Shown piece after piece: positions 18,401 to 30,200 of a stretch of 64,000 nt of DNA. Positions within the stretch are counted from its first letter, which is position 1. Each line of letters starts with the position of its first letter. The position numbers and the translations under genes are program-made. Source of the stretch: Patescibacteria group bacterium (GTDB lineage: Bacteria > Patescibacteriota > Microgenomatia > JAMCZE01); the NCBI GenBank assembly GCA_023380635.1, contig JAMCRP010000002.1, forward strand, positions 42,458 through 106,457, given 5' to 3'. The notes under the pieces are model-generated. The model was not told the DNA's origin, did not search any database, and saw only the letters and a list, made by a program, of their open reading frames with translations.

Positions 18401-20261
18401 ACAAGGTCGTACCAATACCAGTACTGCTCGTGACATTGTCATGAATCCAAGTGGTGGCAGCGTCGGCATCGGGACGACGGGGCCAAATTCGAAACTGACG
18501 GTAAACAACACAGGTTCTTATACAAATTTATCCTCGGCTTTCTCTGTTTGGGGCGGATCGACTACCTATACTATCGGCTCCTATTCCTATCCTGCCGAGA
18601 TACAGACAACTAGTAATAATCTTGGCCGCCTGCAATTTGCCGGCTACCGGAAATACAACCCGTATTATGACTGGGGAGGAACCGGGTTCAGAATTCAATA
18701 TGCTGTAGATAATTCGTTTACTGACGGTTCTTTGGCTTATCTATATTTAGGCACGGCGAATAATTACGCTGGACAGATATCCTTTGGAGTAGGCGGAGCG
18801 GATCGGGTAACGATAGACAACAGCGGCAATGTTTCTCTCAACACGGGAAATATTAACATGATTTCCGGAAATTCTAATACGACCATTATGGCCGACGGCA
18901 GCAATTATCTTTACCACACTTTTGCGGCAGGTAACGGGACCACGGGCGGTTATTATTTTTGTACCACCAACAATATAAGTCTCTGCCAAACCACTGGAAA
19001 CAACAACCGGGTTGCCTTCATAGATTCAATAGGAGACTTCTTTATCCGGAAAACTCTGACTCAGAATTGGGGCAGCGATTTGGCTGAAGGCGTTAAGGTA
19101 AACGACCCGGTTATTAATGAAGGCGATCTTTTGGTATTGCCGGTTACTCCAGCGAGTCCGGCCGGCCAGTTTGTGGCTACCAGAACGACCCGGGCCTACC
19201 AGGGTAATATCGCGGGCGTGGTTTCAACCAAACCGGGGATATACATGAATTCCCCAATACTGCCGGGCGATAAAGAGCCTAGTATGCCGGATATTCGGCC
19301 CCTGGCGCTATCCGGCCGGGTGCCGGTAAAAGTTTCCACCATAAACGGGCCGGTAACTGCCGGCGATTTGGTCACATCCTCAGAACTTGCCGGGATCGGT
19401 ATGAAAGCCAGCGTTCCCGGAGTGGTTGTGGGAAGAGCCTTACAGAGTCTGGATGTTTCCGCCTGCCAGCCGGTAGCTTCAGCTGCTGACATTGTCTGGC
19501 CTTCCGGAGATGACGGGAGCGATACTTTCAAGCGGCCTTGTTTCGAACTGCCGGACGGAACATATATCGGCAAAGTCATGGTGCTTGTTAACCTTGGTTG
19601 GCAGGATCCAACAAACGCTCAGCAAACGGAAATTGCTTCCCAGTCAGTTGATATTGCCACCATATCCGCGACTTTAGCTTCCTGGAATGATCTTTTGGGC
19701 ACCCCGTCAGCAACTTTGGCGGATTCGGTGGCCCACCTGGACGGTTTATCCCAGGATATTTCCTCTCTTATGGCCGATAACCTCCAGATTAAGTCCGATA
19801 TCCAGCTTCTTAAAGACCAGATGGCTTCGGTTTCGGCTAATCTTGCCCAGGTCCAAAGCCAAACGGCGTCTAATTCTGCCCAGTTGGCTTTGGGGTTAGG
19901 GGGTAACTTAACCATTACTTCGGATTTGGAAGTCTCGACTGTCAGTGCTTCCTTTGCCAACTTTTCTGATACCTTAAAAGTGGTCGGCAAGACCGAACTA
20001 GCTGAGACCAACATTGGAGGGAGTTTGACTGTCGGGCTATTAAGGTTTGACGATTTGAAAGCGGAGATCTCTTCCTTAACCGGAACGGTCACCGTTAACA
20101 GTAATTTGCAGGTGGCCGGAGATGCCACCGTGTCGGGAACGCTGCAGTCGGATAAGGTTAAAACTGGGGGGATTACCATCAAAGATAAGGTGACCGGCGA
20201 GCCATACTGCGTTACCGTCGAAAACGGAGTATTATTGAATACTAAAGGAGAATGTCAGTAA
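15498..20261 (+). CDS. Giant membrane-anchored fibre protein 1: 2x MerR-like HTH, TM, GNVGIGT modules, peptidase-G2-like intramolecular chaperone, coiled coil
   Basis: 1569-aa ORF from ATG 15552; frame open and homologous to the second HTH repeat back to ATA 15498; SDLAE..GVVSTKPG..ALSGRVPVKV. Confidence 0.75.
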   Translation: MNDEKLISVSELIVKARLMGFDFGFGKPEHVLQYFGKLGLIPKTVRMRVEGIKGHTVGCYPVSTLDTLLKIQKLRREGRSMAQVRTEITGEPNPPTFDQEQLQLPSTELVRRAQAAGFDFGPGKPVHVLQYYSKLGLLPKTVRLRLNGIKGHTVGCYPAEAVETLLKIQKLRREGVAVKDIAQTLGNEGIKPAARREEAETLEILRVAAQAPVRYQAETEAGRLAGYFQPPPPERQETRYKIQETKKTQDAKETKEKRSWKSFAYTLPAVLATILLLLTTGLNIYITSYQKKVASDRNLQAVLAESSSQNFLDIRADTDVSGRLTVWGKDVLTEATLASSSPYLSNLNQSLSTTATPTFANLTLTAGKIVLEDKTQTLKNKSLSGSDNTFSNIPNSALANSKVTVTAGTNLTGGGDVVLGDSTTIGLKDNIALTTATFSGLLGVGGDASLSAGLYFSLASPVIATTDMQSLTLGNSNTGNIQFFNASNYINSAGNLTLANSLTVNTTTNYTGLVLPNGAGINYVLTTDALGHSSWTNPNGPGTSFSGWTLTGNTIYPNETAYDLLLGSSNVVDDVAKFTNLGSTLFKPSNIANLASGGDIGTAATTVDIYTTFNLNQTTSGQTITLPNPTNTTAGRLVYLANTGTTPFNFLNSTVLTGTTTQAIWNGTAWTLAGSMAGLPAGTVDNSTMYWDNATSRWLENSKLLSNPLGTMPVASVAGTTSFAGLVVDNTIGDLFTASSSGKSRFTITQNGNVGVGMVTPTALWQVFGNSTVQVASVSASTGNAALLVDNTIGDLFTASSSGMSRFVITQSGNVGIGTTNPGNLLEVDANSSNYGITVNANNSALSQAGLRLIAGNGSTSRAARLDFLNVPASTSVPRWTFINDYDQNGTNDFRFVNSDGSTSVLTLLQGGNVGIGTTGPAATLQVNAPYTTAAPLTWGATAGQIFRNENSELAVGLLNSSPYPLYLQGRTNTSTARDIVMNPSGGSVGIGTTGPNSKLTVNNTGSYTNLSSAFSVWGGSTTYTIGSYSYPAEIQTTSNNLGRLQFAGYRKYNPYYDWGGTGFRIQYAVDNSFTDGSLAYLYLGTANNYAGQISFGVGGADRVTIDNSGNVSLNTGNINMISGNSNTTIMADGSNYLYHTFAAGNGTTGGYYFCTTNNISLCQTTGNNNRVAFIDSIGDFFIRKTLTQNWGSDLAEGVKVNDPVINEGDLLVLPVTPASPAGQFVATRTTRAYQGNIAGVVSTKPGIYMNSPILPGDKEPSMPDIRPLALSGRVPVKVSTINGPVTAGDLVTSSELAGIGMKASVPGVVVGRALQSLDVSACQPVASAADIVWPSGDDGSDTFKRPCFELPDGTYIGKVMVLVNLGWQDPTNAQQTEIASQSVDIATISATLASWNDLLGTPSATLADSVAHLDGLSQDISSLMADNLQIKSDIQLLKDQMASVSANLAQVQSQTASNSAQLALGLGGNLTITSDLEVSTVSASFANFSDTLKVVGKTELAETNIGGSLTVGLLRFDDLKAEISSLTGTVTVNSNLQVAGDATVSGTLQSDKVKTGGITIKDKVTGEPYCVTVENGVLLNTKGECQ
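16270..16790 (+). repeat. 521-bp direct repeat, copy 1 (TM and stalk base)
   Basis: Identical by eye to 21964-22484. Confidence 0.9.
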
Positions 20262-20304
20262 AATTTTCAATTTGAAATTTAAAATTTGAAATTAGGTTTG
20301 AATT
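20261..20304. repeat. Solo TTTGAAA arm directly after the gene 1 stop
   Basis: AATTTTC AATTTGA AATTTAA AATTTGA AATT. Confidence 0.8.
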
Positions 20305-20311
20305 GTCTCTA

Positions 20312-21097
20312 ATGAGAAAAGTTGTCTTGGGCGTTAATATTGATGATATTTCGAAAGAAGAAGCCCTTAGTCTGGTCAGTAGTTGGTTAACTGGTAAACT
20401 AGAGACTAGTAAACCAGCGACCAGCAAACTGGTGTTCACTCCCGGGCCGGAGTTTTTAGTAACGGCGGACAAAGACGCGGAATTTAAAAAAGTTTTAAAC
20501 TCTTCAGACTTGAATCTTCCGGACGGTTTTGGGTTAAAACTTTTGGGTGGCGTGGAGCATACCATTGCCGGGGTCGACTTTGTCAGAGTTCTTTGCCAAC
20601 TGGCAGCTAAAAACGGCTGGACTGTCGGCCTGCTGGGCGGACAAACCGGCATTGCCCGGCTGGCGGCTAAAAATTTGCAAAAAAGCTATCCCGGGTTAAA
20701 AGTTACTTTCGCTTTTGACGGGCCCGCAGCTGACAAAATCCTGACACATTCCGACACATTGCCATATAGTGATATTCTGTTTGTAGCCTTTGGACACCCT
20801 GCTCAAGAAAAATTTCTCGCAGAGCAGAAAGCGTCAAGCGTAAAGCGTAAAGAAGGAAGACTTGACGCTAAACGCTTTCCGCTAAACGCCATCCCGTTCC
20901 GCATCGGTATAGGTGTCGGCGGCAGCTTTGATTTTATTTCCGGGACTGTGCCCGAACCGCCGGTTATGTTAAAGAGATTAGGACTAAAATGGTTAGGCCG
21001 GCTTCTGAGCAGGCCGGCTTATATGGCCCCTAAAGTTTTCCGGGCCATTGTTTCTTACCCCCTTTTGATATTGAATTCCCGTCTCTGTAGCCGTTAA
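20312..21097 (+). CDS. WecB/TagA/CpsF family glycosyltransferase
   Basis: VFTPGPEF, DLNLPDG.G, GVDF, LFVAFG.P.QE, IGVGGSFDF; in-frame heptamer tracts at 20372-20433 and 20821-20890. Confidence 0.9.
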   Translation: MRKVVLGVNIDDISKEEALSLVSSWLTGKLETSKPATSKLVFTPGPEFLVTADKDAEFKKVLNSSDLNLPDGFGLKLLGGVEHTIAGVDFVRVLCQLAAKNGWTVGLLGGQTGIARLAAKNLQKSYPGLKVTFAFDGPAADKILTHSDTLPYSDILFVAFGHPAQEKFLAEQKASSVKRKEGRLDAKRFPLNAIPFRIGIGVGGSFDFISGTVPEPPVMLKRLGLKWLGRLLSRPAYMAPKVFRAIVSYPLLILNSRLCSR

Positions 21098-21151
21098 AAG
21101 TAAAAAGCCTCAGTTTTTTTGGATAGAGCTTTAATGCTTGATGCCTTTGGT

Positions 21152-21178
21152 TTAGCACTCAAAAAGTGAGAGTGATAG
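21152..21178. promoter_or_regulatory. CIRCE-like (HrcA) operator
   Basis: TTAGCACTC-N9-GAGTGATAG vs consensus TTAGCACTC-N9-GAGTGCTAA (16/18). Confidence 0.65.
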
Positions 21179-21227
21179 ATGGTGTTTTCAGGCTCGAAAA
21201 AATCTATACATTCACCTCATTTTCCCC

Positions 21228-21257
21228 TTGACAAATCTGTTCAAATCTCCGCATACT
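21228..21257 (+). promoter_or_regulatory. Promoter of giant gene 2
   Basis: TTGACA-18-CATACT; CAAATCT repeated at 10-bp spacing; GTG at 21267. Confidence 0.6.
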
Positions 21258-21266
21258 GATTATGCT

Positions 21267-24200
21267 GTGAAAAAAAGCACTGACGCCGGACTTTTAAAAA
21301 TTGGTGACGCTGCAAAGTTTCTTAATGTTTCTATCCAGACTCTTCGTCGTTGGGATGAGAGCGGAAAACTGAAACCGGTGGTGACTCCTGGAGGAACAAG
21401 ATTCTACGAAAAACAGGCCTTAAAAAATATCCGGGTCGGAAACGGAGTAAGGGAAACAGATGGTACGGGAGAAATGAAGTCGGAGCAGCAAGTAACAAAA
21501 AAGACGGGGAAATTCAGTAAGCGAGGACTGGTGAAGATTGGGACGGCAGCAAAACTACTGGGGATTTCAATTCCTACCTTGCGACGCTGGGACGAGATGG
21601 GCAAACTCCGGGCTGTGGTCAGCCCTGGCGGGACGCGTCTGTATTCTAAAGATTCCCTGGCGGCAATCAACCCGGCTTTATCCGAATATAAAATTCTCAA
21701 GAGCGAGGAACCCGAGATTAAACCAGCCAAACAATTTATTAAGGAAGTCGTATCTGAGGTTCTCCACCAGCAAAAGGCGGTTTTGCAGCTGCCGCCACCG
21801 GTTAATCCCATTCAAACTATCTCAGAGTGGAGCCAAGAGCCGGTACACTATCGGGCAGAAACGGAAGCAGGGAGAATAGCCGGATACTTCCAAAAACCGC
21901 CCCCGGAAGATACAAGAAACAAGATACAAGAAACAAGAGAAACACCGAATACAAGAAAGAAGCGAAGCTGGAAAAGCTTTGCTTACACTCTTCCGGCAGT
22001 TTTAGCTACTATCCTTCTGCTGTTAACTACCGGCCTGAATATATATATTACTTCCTATCAGAAGAAAGTGGCTTCTGACCGGAATTTGCAGGCGGTCTTG
22101 GCCGAAAGCAGCAGCCAAAACTTTTTAGACATCCGGGCGGATACCGATGTTTCCGGAAGACTGACCGTGTGGGGGAAAGATGTCTTAACAGAAGCGACTT
22201 TAGCTTCTTCTTCCCCCTACCTTAGCAACTTAAACCAAAGCCTCAGCACGACGGCCACTCCTACTTTTGCCAACCTTACCTTAACCGCCGGCAAGATTGT
22301 CCTGGAAGACAAAACGCAAACTTTAAAAAACAAATCGCTTTCGGGATCGGATAACACTTTTTCTAATATTCCCAACTCCGCTTTGGCTAACTCCAAAGTC
22401 ACCGTGACGGCCGGCACCAACCTGACCGGGGGCGGGGATGTCGTCTTAGGTGACAGCACCACGATTGGTTTGAAGGACAACATTAGCGTTACTTCGGTCA
22501 CCAGTTCCGCTCTAACAGTTAATGGAGACGCGGCTATTACCGGAAATTTGAATGTGGGCGGAGGCTTGCAATTTTCTAGCCTGGCGGTGACGGGGACAAG
22601 CGGAACAGCTCCGGTGGCTTCCATTTCCGGTAAAACGTCCTTTGCCGCCGTGGTGGTGGATAATTCCGGCTCAGGTGACTTGTTCACCGCTTCCACTGCC
22701 GGCCAGCCCCGCTTTACGGTTAATTCCAACGGCGACCTTTTACCCGGCATAACCAGTCATCAAAGTATCGGTTCTCCCACTCAGGTCTGGGACACCATCT
22801 ATGCCAATAATCTTTCCGGCACAAACTGGTCAGGAAACATCATCGGTACTCAATATGGCGGCACGGGTCAAGATTGGCACCTGACGGCTCAGGGCAATGT
22901 GCCTTATTTTTCAGCTTCCGGAACCATGAACACCCTGGCGCCCGGCACCAACCATCAGGTTTTTGTGACCCAGGGGGTTGGCGCCAATCCCAAATGGGAA
23001 GACCTGGTCAATTTGTTGACGCCGGGGACGGACATCACTCTGGGGGGAACTAATGTGGTCACTATTAATGACGCTTCCACTTTACAATCGGTTACCGGTC
23101 GGGGGGCGGCAACAACTAATCCCATCACTTTGAATTTAACCGGAGGTAATGCCTATTTTGGTTCCGGTAATGCTTCAGCCCTGGTCGATCTAAGTTCTAC
23201 CTCCAAGGGGTTCTTGACGCCACGCATGACTCAGGCCCAACGGGATGCAATTAGCACTCCGGCACCGGGGTTGCTAATCTATAATACTGATACAAACCAA
23301 TTCAATGTGTATAACAGTTCTACTTGGGGGGCTATTGCTGGAGCGGGGGCGGCGTACTGGGGAGATAATATCGGCGCGTTATATCCGCTATACCTCAACA
23401 GTGATTTATTAATCGGATCTGACGCCACGGCTTCCGCTTTAATCCGGCTTGAGGGCACCACGGGCTATATAACGGCTAACCGGATCAACGGCAACAAAAT
23501 CGCGACCGGATCAGGGAATGTGGCGGTTTCGGCGACTTTGCCTTTGGCCGTCGATACCAACGGCAACATGACTTTGGCCTATACCTCAAACCTGAAAGTG
23601 ACCTCAAGCCAACTGGATACGGCGCAAAACATTGGCCCGAGCGCCTCGCCGCAATTCGTCAGTCTGACGCTCGGGTCAGGAACTACCGGCACTCTCCAAA
23701 CAGCAGCGCTGACTGGCAGTCGCACTTGGACATTGCCAGACAACACCGGAGAAATATGCACGACCTATGGCAATTGTATCGGGGGCGTCGGGGGATCCGT
23801 TGGCGGTTCCGGTACCAATACCAAAATTGCCATGTTCACTCCTGACGGAACCCATATCGGCGATTCCCACATTACCGACACCGGAACTCAGATCCAGTTT
23901 TTTAATACTAGCAATTACATTGATTCCAGCGGCAATTTCTATTTAAACGGTTCATTATTTGCCTCCGGTAACGAGGCGGGTTTTTGGCAGCGGCAGAGTG
24001 GAGTGTTAGCTCCTAAGAATATCACCGATTCTTTGATAATTGGTGGTAACGCGACTGGATCCGGACAGCTACAGGTTTATGGTTTGAACTCGCAAATGCC
24101 GGTGGCGTCAATTTCCGCCCAGACACCCTGGGCAGCCCTGGTCGTGGATAATGCGACCGGTGACCTTTTCACAGCCAGTTCATCAGGAATGACCCGTTTC

Positions 24201-27200
24201 ACGGTTGGTAATACCGGTAATTTGACGGCCGGGACCTATAACACTGCCACTATCACCGGGGGGTCGCTCTCGGCCACGGCCGTAAATGGCGTGGCCACGG
24301 CCAACATTTTAACCACCGGCACCACTTTTGCCGGGGATGTTGGCGGCAGTTACAACAATTTGGCTATCGGGACGGGGAAGGTAACTAACCCCATGCTTTC
24401 CGGGCCGGTGGACACAACCCACGGAGGAACGGGCAATGACTGGCATCTGACGGCTCAGGGCAATGTGCCTTATTTCTCCGCGGCCGGAACGATGGGTCTC
24501 CTGGCGCCCGGGACAGCGTCGCAGGTTTTAACTACCGGTGGGGGCGGCGCGGATCCAGCTTGGACTAACATGGCCAGTTTGGTTACCGGAGCTGGTAACA
24601 TCACTGTCACAGGAACACAAACTCTATCAATTAACACGGTTAACAACCCCACTTTTAGCACTTCGGTCACGACACCGCTTTTGACAAACTCCGGTAATTT
24701 ATTAATTAACCCTACCGGTAATGTTGGGATCGGAACCACCAGCCCGGCGGCTTTGCTTTCGGTGGGGACAAATTCTGATTTACGGGTAAACGGCACCGGG
24801 GACATTGTCGCCCGGACTTACAACGGCAATATTATTGCCACCGGTTCCGGGACTTTAACTTTGGGATCCGCCTCGTTAAACATTGGTACCGGCGGAACAT
24901 TGAATACGGGCGCTTACGCCGATATTTCTTTGTACGCGCCCTTGGCCAGCCCGACTTTTACCGGCACCGTGACGATTCCCACTTCATTTGTTTTGGGCGC
25001 CACGACGGTCACCACGACCGGGACCCAACTGAACTACTTAAACGCTGCCACGGGAACCACGGGAAACACCAACTCCAACCTGGTTTTTTCCAACGGGCCG
25101 ACCTTAACTTCGCCGGCCTTTTCTACCATCGTCAATGTCGGCACTTTAACCCTGCCAACTACTTCTGATACGCTGGTTGGCCGGGCCACGACCGATACTT
25201 TTACCAACAAAACTTTTGACACGGCCGGGACCGGGAATATCCTGAGGATTAACGGCACCCAAGTCTCCGCCGTCACCGGCACGGGTTCCGTGGTTTTAGC
25301 TTCGGCGCCCACCATTAGCAACCCGATTATTACCAATATTAACCCCGGAGCCGATTTCACTTTAACCCAAAACAGCGTGACTCCTTTTATTTCCTATAAT
25401 TCCGGGGCGTTGGCCAACACTTTGGTCTTAAGCGCCGGCAGTGTGGGCATCGGGGTAACGAATCCGGGGGCTAAATTGGATGTGGCCGGCGCCGCTTCGA
25501 TTTCCGGCATTCTTACCTTAAACAACGGAGTGACCACCCAAATTAACGCTACCAATGACCGCAGTCTCGATTTGGGTTTTGCCAACACCGGCCGGGTCAA
25601 CTTTTTAACCACGAGCAGCTATATTGATGCTAACGGCAATTTTTCAACCAACGGCCAAATCCAGGTGGGAAGTTTTGCCAGTGCCCCGACGGCCCTCGGA
25701 GCCGGGAGCATGTATTACAACTCCACCGAAAACCGTCTTTACGCTTATAACGGCACGAACTGGAGCCCGCTGGGGGAGCAAAGCACGGTGGTGGTCACCA
25801 ATAATTCCGGCACCACTTTAAATCCAAAAGACCTGGTCATTTTTGACTCTTCGGCAAACAATGCGGTCACGACAACCACGACTGCCTACAAAAAGGGTGT
25901 GGTTTATGGTGTGGTGGTTGATGCCTCATGCGCCAGCGGGGCGACCAACTGTAAAGTCCAGATTTCCGGCAAGGTAGATGTCTCGGTCACAAATTCTAAC
26001 GCCGCCAAGGGGGATTATGTTTTCACCTCGACAACCGCGGCCAAAGGCGTCACTTCGGCCAAACTTTTTGACGGGTTGATCGGGATTGTGACCGATAACA
26101 CCAATGCCGGATCAGGCTATGTGACGATCATTTTCCAGCCGCAGGCCCAGGTGTTGGCCGGAGTGGTGATGGACAAAATCAGCAGACATAATGACTATAA
26201 AATTTATTCCAATATCTACACTCCCATCAATGAGGGTTCGGTTTTTAGTCCCAATTTAACCGCCCGGGGAATTTCTTTTGACAACTTTTTAGACCAGACC
26301 AAGGTTGATGCTGCTTTAACAACGGTCGGATCAACCATGTCTGCCCAGATCCAGTCACCAACAGCCCAGACCAGTGCGCCGTTTAGAATGGGGCTAACGG
26401 GCGGGCAAACCTACAATACCACTAACACCGATAACGCCGGTAACGCCTATTTAGGCTCCAACACGGTCAACAAAGTCTTTTATTACGACCGGACCCGCGA
26501 TTCCATCCCGCAAGTTCAAGTAGAGTTAGGAATTGACCCGAACTGGTACAACGGTGTCACTTTGTCCGTCGCTTCTACTTCAGCCCAATTCTCGCAAGCG
26601 GATACGATCACTAAACCCAATCCCAATCTTTCCACGGCTTACAACGGAAGTTTGGTCAAGGTTTCCGGAACCTATCCGACCCAGGCGGCGACCAGAACCA
26701 TCTATTTGACGATTACCTCGCCGACGCAATTCACCTGGTCCGACGGCGCCGTCGGCGCTAACAATGTCTCCATTAATCCCGGTGTTTCTCAGGCTTTGGG
26801 CACGACGGGTGTTTCCGTGACTTTCACCAATGTTAAATATAACCCCGGTGATGTCTTCCGGATTGCCTCCTGGGTCGTCGAGCCGGCCTCATCAACCCGC
26901 GGTTCCAAAGCCCAGTTCCCGGAAAGAAGCTATGTGATCGGGACAGCTTCCTCTGTCGATATTATTGACGCGGATACGAATAAACTTTGGATGCGCTTTA
27001 CCATAAATGCGACATCCTGGGCCGTCACTACCATGCTTATTGACGCTTCGTCAAGCGTGACTGCCCTGAATGGAACAATCTATTCTTCCCAAGGAGCCAG
27101 CGGTCTTTTGAAAATAGTTTTTGACCGAGATACCGGTTTTGGTTTTACAACCGACTGGACCAATTACGGCGGAACATTTAGAGGCGGTATCGCCCAGAGA

Positions 27201-30200
27201 AACACCCAGAATGGTTACGCTCAAAATGTCCCTCTAAACATTGTCAATAACACTGTTAACGATATCTCTGCCGCCGTCATTCCCAACCAGCCGACCCAAA
27301 CCGTGACGACAAGCGGGTGGGGATATATGTACCTTAATGCTGCGGGCTCGAATTACGAAGTCGTAAATCTTCCGTATAAATTTAACGATATACCGAAAGT
27401 GGTTATATCCGCATCAGCCGAACGGGCCACAGCACCAACTAATTACGGTGATTGTTCGTGGGGTATATCAACCAACTTTGTTGCCAACACCTATTCGGCT
27501 ACCACCAGTAACTTCGGGGCAACAATAGCTACTCCGGGCAGCGGAACCACCACCGGCTATATTTGTTACACCTGGACCGCCACCGGCGTTGTTTCCCCGA
27601 GACAATATGTGGCGGTGGGAACTAATCAAGGCGTTACCGTGATTAATGAGACGGATCAAAGTGGTGTGAACTATAGTACAGTAAGTTCTGGGGACCATAA
27701 TGTAGGAAGTGTTTTCTTAACCTCTAATGACAACCTTTACTTTAGTTATCCCTGGTCTTACCCAACAGACGTAAAAGTTGCTGTCCAATATGGCGTTGCG
27801 GGGGTTACTTCAAATGTCGCCTGGGACAGTTGGAGCGGAAATTATGCGTCAATTGGAAATAGCTGGAGCAATAAAGGTCCAACGCCATTACAGAGCTCAA
27901 CAAACTATCAGATTTTCGTTACTTCTGGAACTTCAACCATTGATGGAAAGAGCAATACAATTTATGTATCCGGTTCCAATGGTTTGACGGTTATCCAAGA
28001 AAAACAAGCCGGACGTTTTGGTACTGCTGAATCCTATGTTCCGTCAGATGAAAATAATGGCTCTGTTAAATACTACACCAAAGACTACATTTCCGAAGAA
28101 ATGGTCGGGGACATTCGGGGCATGTGGCCGCTTAATGGAACGCTTTCTGATGCTTCAGTTAAAGGCAATACGCTAACAGATGGTGGCATAGCTTTTGGAA
28201 CTGGTGTTCGGGGCCAAGGAGCGGTCATTTCCGGATTGAGCTTTCTTTACTGCACGGATGCCAGTTGCGGCGGGACGAGTAAGTTGGATTCTGGAGGTAC
28301 TGCCTGGAGTTTTGGAGCCTGGTTTAAGACTACTTCGACAGGAGGGACAATTATTTCTAAATATAACGGCGGAGTTAGCGGCGCATATTTTTTAGCAGTT
28401 GACGGTAGCGGAAAACTCTCCGGAGATATCGAACAAAGTCCATATACTTTCACCGGAAACAAAATTGTGAATGACGGTAATTGGCATTTTGGTGTCGTGA
28501 CATACGACGGAGTGTCGGCAAAGATTTACGCTGATGGTCAACTTGACAGTTTGGTCGCCATGACAGGAAACATTCCTGACACTACTGCTAACTTTGCGAT
28601 TGGCGCTCGATATACCGGCGGCAGCGTTTCTAACATTTTACTCGGTTCTATTGATGAACCCTTTGTTTCCGCTACAGCTTTAACGGCCAACCAGATTAAA
28701 CACATGTACGAAGTCGGCGCCCGGGCGCTTCAATCACATAGTGCTTCTTTGGGTGGCGGGGCGGCAGACGCTAATCAAAAGCTAGGGACAAATGTGGCTT
28801 CCGTGTCAGCCGCAGCGGTTGATTACAACAACCAGTTTATGTATGTTGGGGCTAATGACTCGACCAATGGCGGCGTTTCTAAAATTGATTTAAACAGCGA
28901 CACAAATATCCGGACTATCCAAACCGCCAACACTCCGGTCGGCGGCACGGTCTTGCCGGCCAAAACCGTCTCTTCTCTTGCTGCCGGGTACAATTTGGAA
29001 GTTGTGGGCACGGGAACCGGGGCTATCGGCATGGCTCCGGATGACAACGCCAACAACCTGAGTGGGACTCTTTACAGCAAAACTTTAACGACTCCGGAAA
29101 GTTTCTCCCAAGCCTATATCTGGAGCCAACAGGTGACGGACGCGGCCGACGCAGCCAACACGGTCACCGTCTGGGCATCTAATGACGGCGGGTCAAACTA
29201 TTACCAATGCAACCAAACGAATACAGATTCTACCCAGACGCCAACGGAATATGAGTATTTTTGCCAGTTTAATGCCGTTGGAAGTTCTTTAAAGATTAAG
29301 GAGGTTTTTGCCAGGGGTTCGACGAAAACGAACACTTATGTCACCAGGTATGGCGTGGCTTGGATTGATAGTAGTAACGCTATCGGGTCTAATCCTTTGG
29401 GTAACGGAATGTATACCAATAACGCGACCGTGGCGGACAGTTCGTACCTTGAGGTGGCCCACAACCAAAACACCGCCGACGCCGTGGCTAATGCCTGGAT
29501 TTCTTCGGAGTCAAAGTGGAAACAGTTGGATGCCACCTATAAACCGGTCGCCGCTTATGACGGACTTTCCGGCGTCTTAAGTGAGTACCATGATCTAGCC
29601 GCAAACTACAAAACCGGGGATTTAGTTTCCACCCCTTCGGGAATACTTTTTGATACTTTTAAGGACATTACCAAAACCGCTTCGGCCGCCAGCACCTTGT
29701 CTTTGGATTTTGGCAAAAACCGGGTAGGCCTAATGGGCGGACAAACTTTTAACACCACCAATACCGACTCTGACGGCAACGCATTGTTGGGCTCCAACAC
29801 GGTTAACAAGGTTTTCTATTATGACCGGATAAACAAAGATTCCTCGCCCCAAGTGCAGGTGGAACTGGGCGTTGATCCGAACTGGTATAACGGGGTAACC
29901 TTGTCAGTTGCCACCACCTCTGCCCAGATGAGCCAGTCGGAAACAACTGTTCCTGCCGGCAAGAATCCCAACCTTTCAACCACCTATAACGGCTCTCTGG
30001 TTAAAGTCACCGGGACTTACGCTACGACAGCCGCGGCCAGGCCAATTTGGATTACGATTTCTGACAACTCTTCGTTTGTTTGGACAGACTATAACGGCAA
30101 CGGCGGGACAGCCAGCCTTCAGCAGGGTGTCACGCAGGCTTTGGGATCAACCGGCGTTTCCGTGACCTTCACGGGGACAAAATATAACATCGGCGATGTC

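Noticed and set aside
21267-21660. IS607 transposase
   Set aside because: Only the HTH resembles TnpA; no serine recombinase domain or tnpB follows
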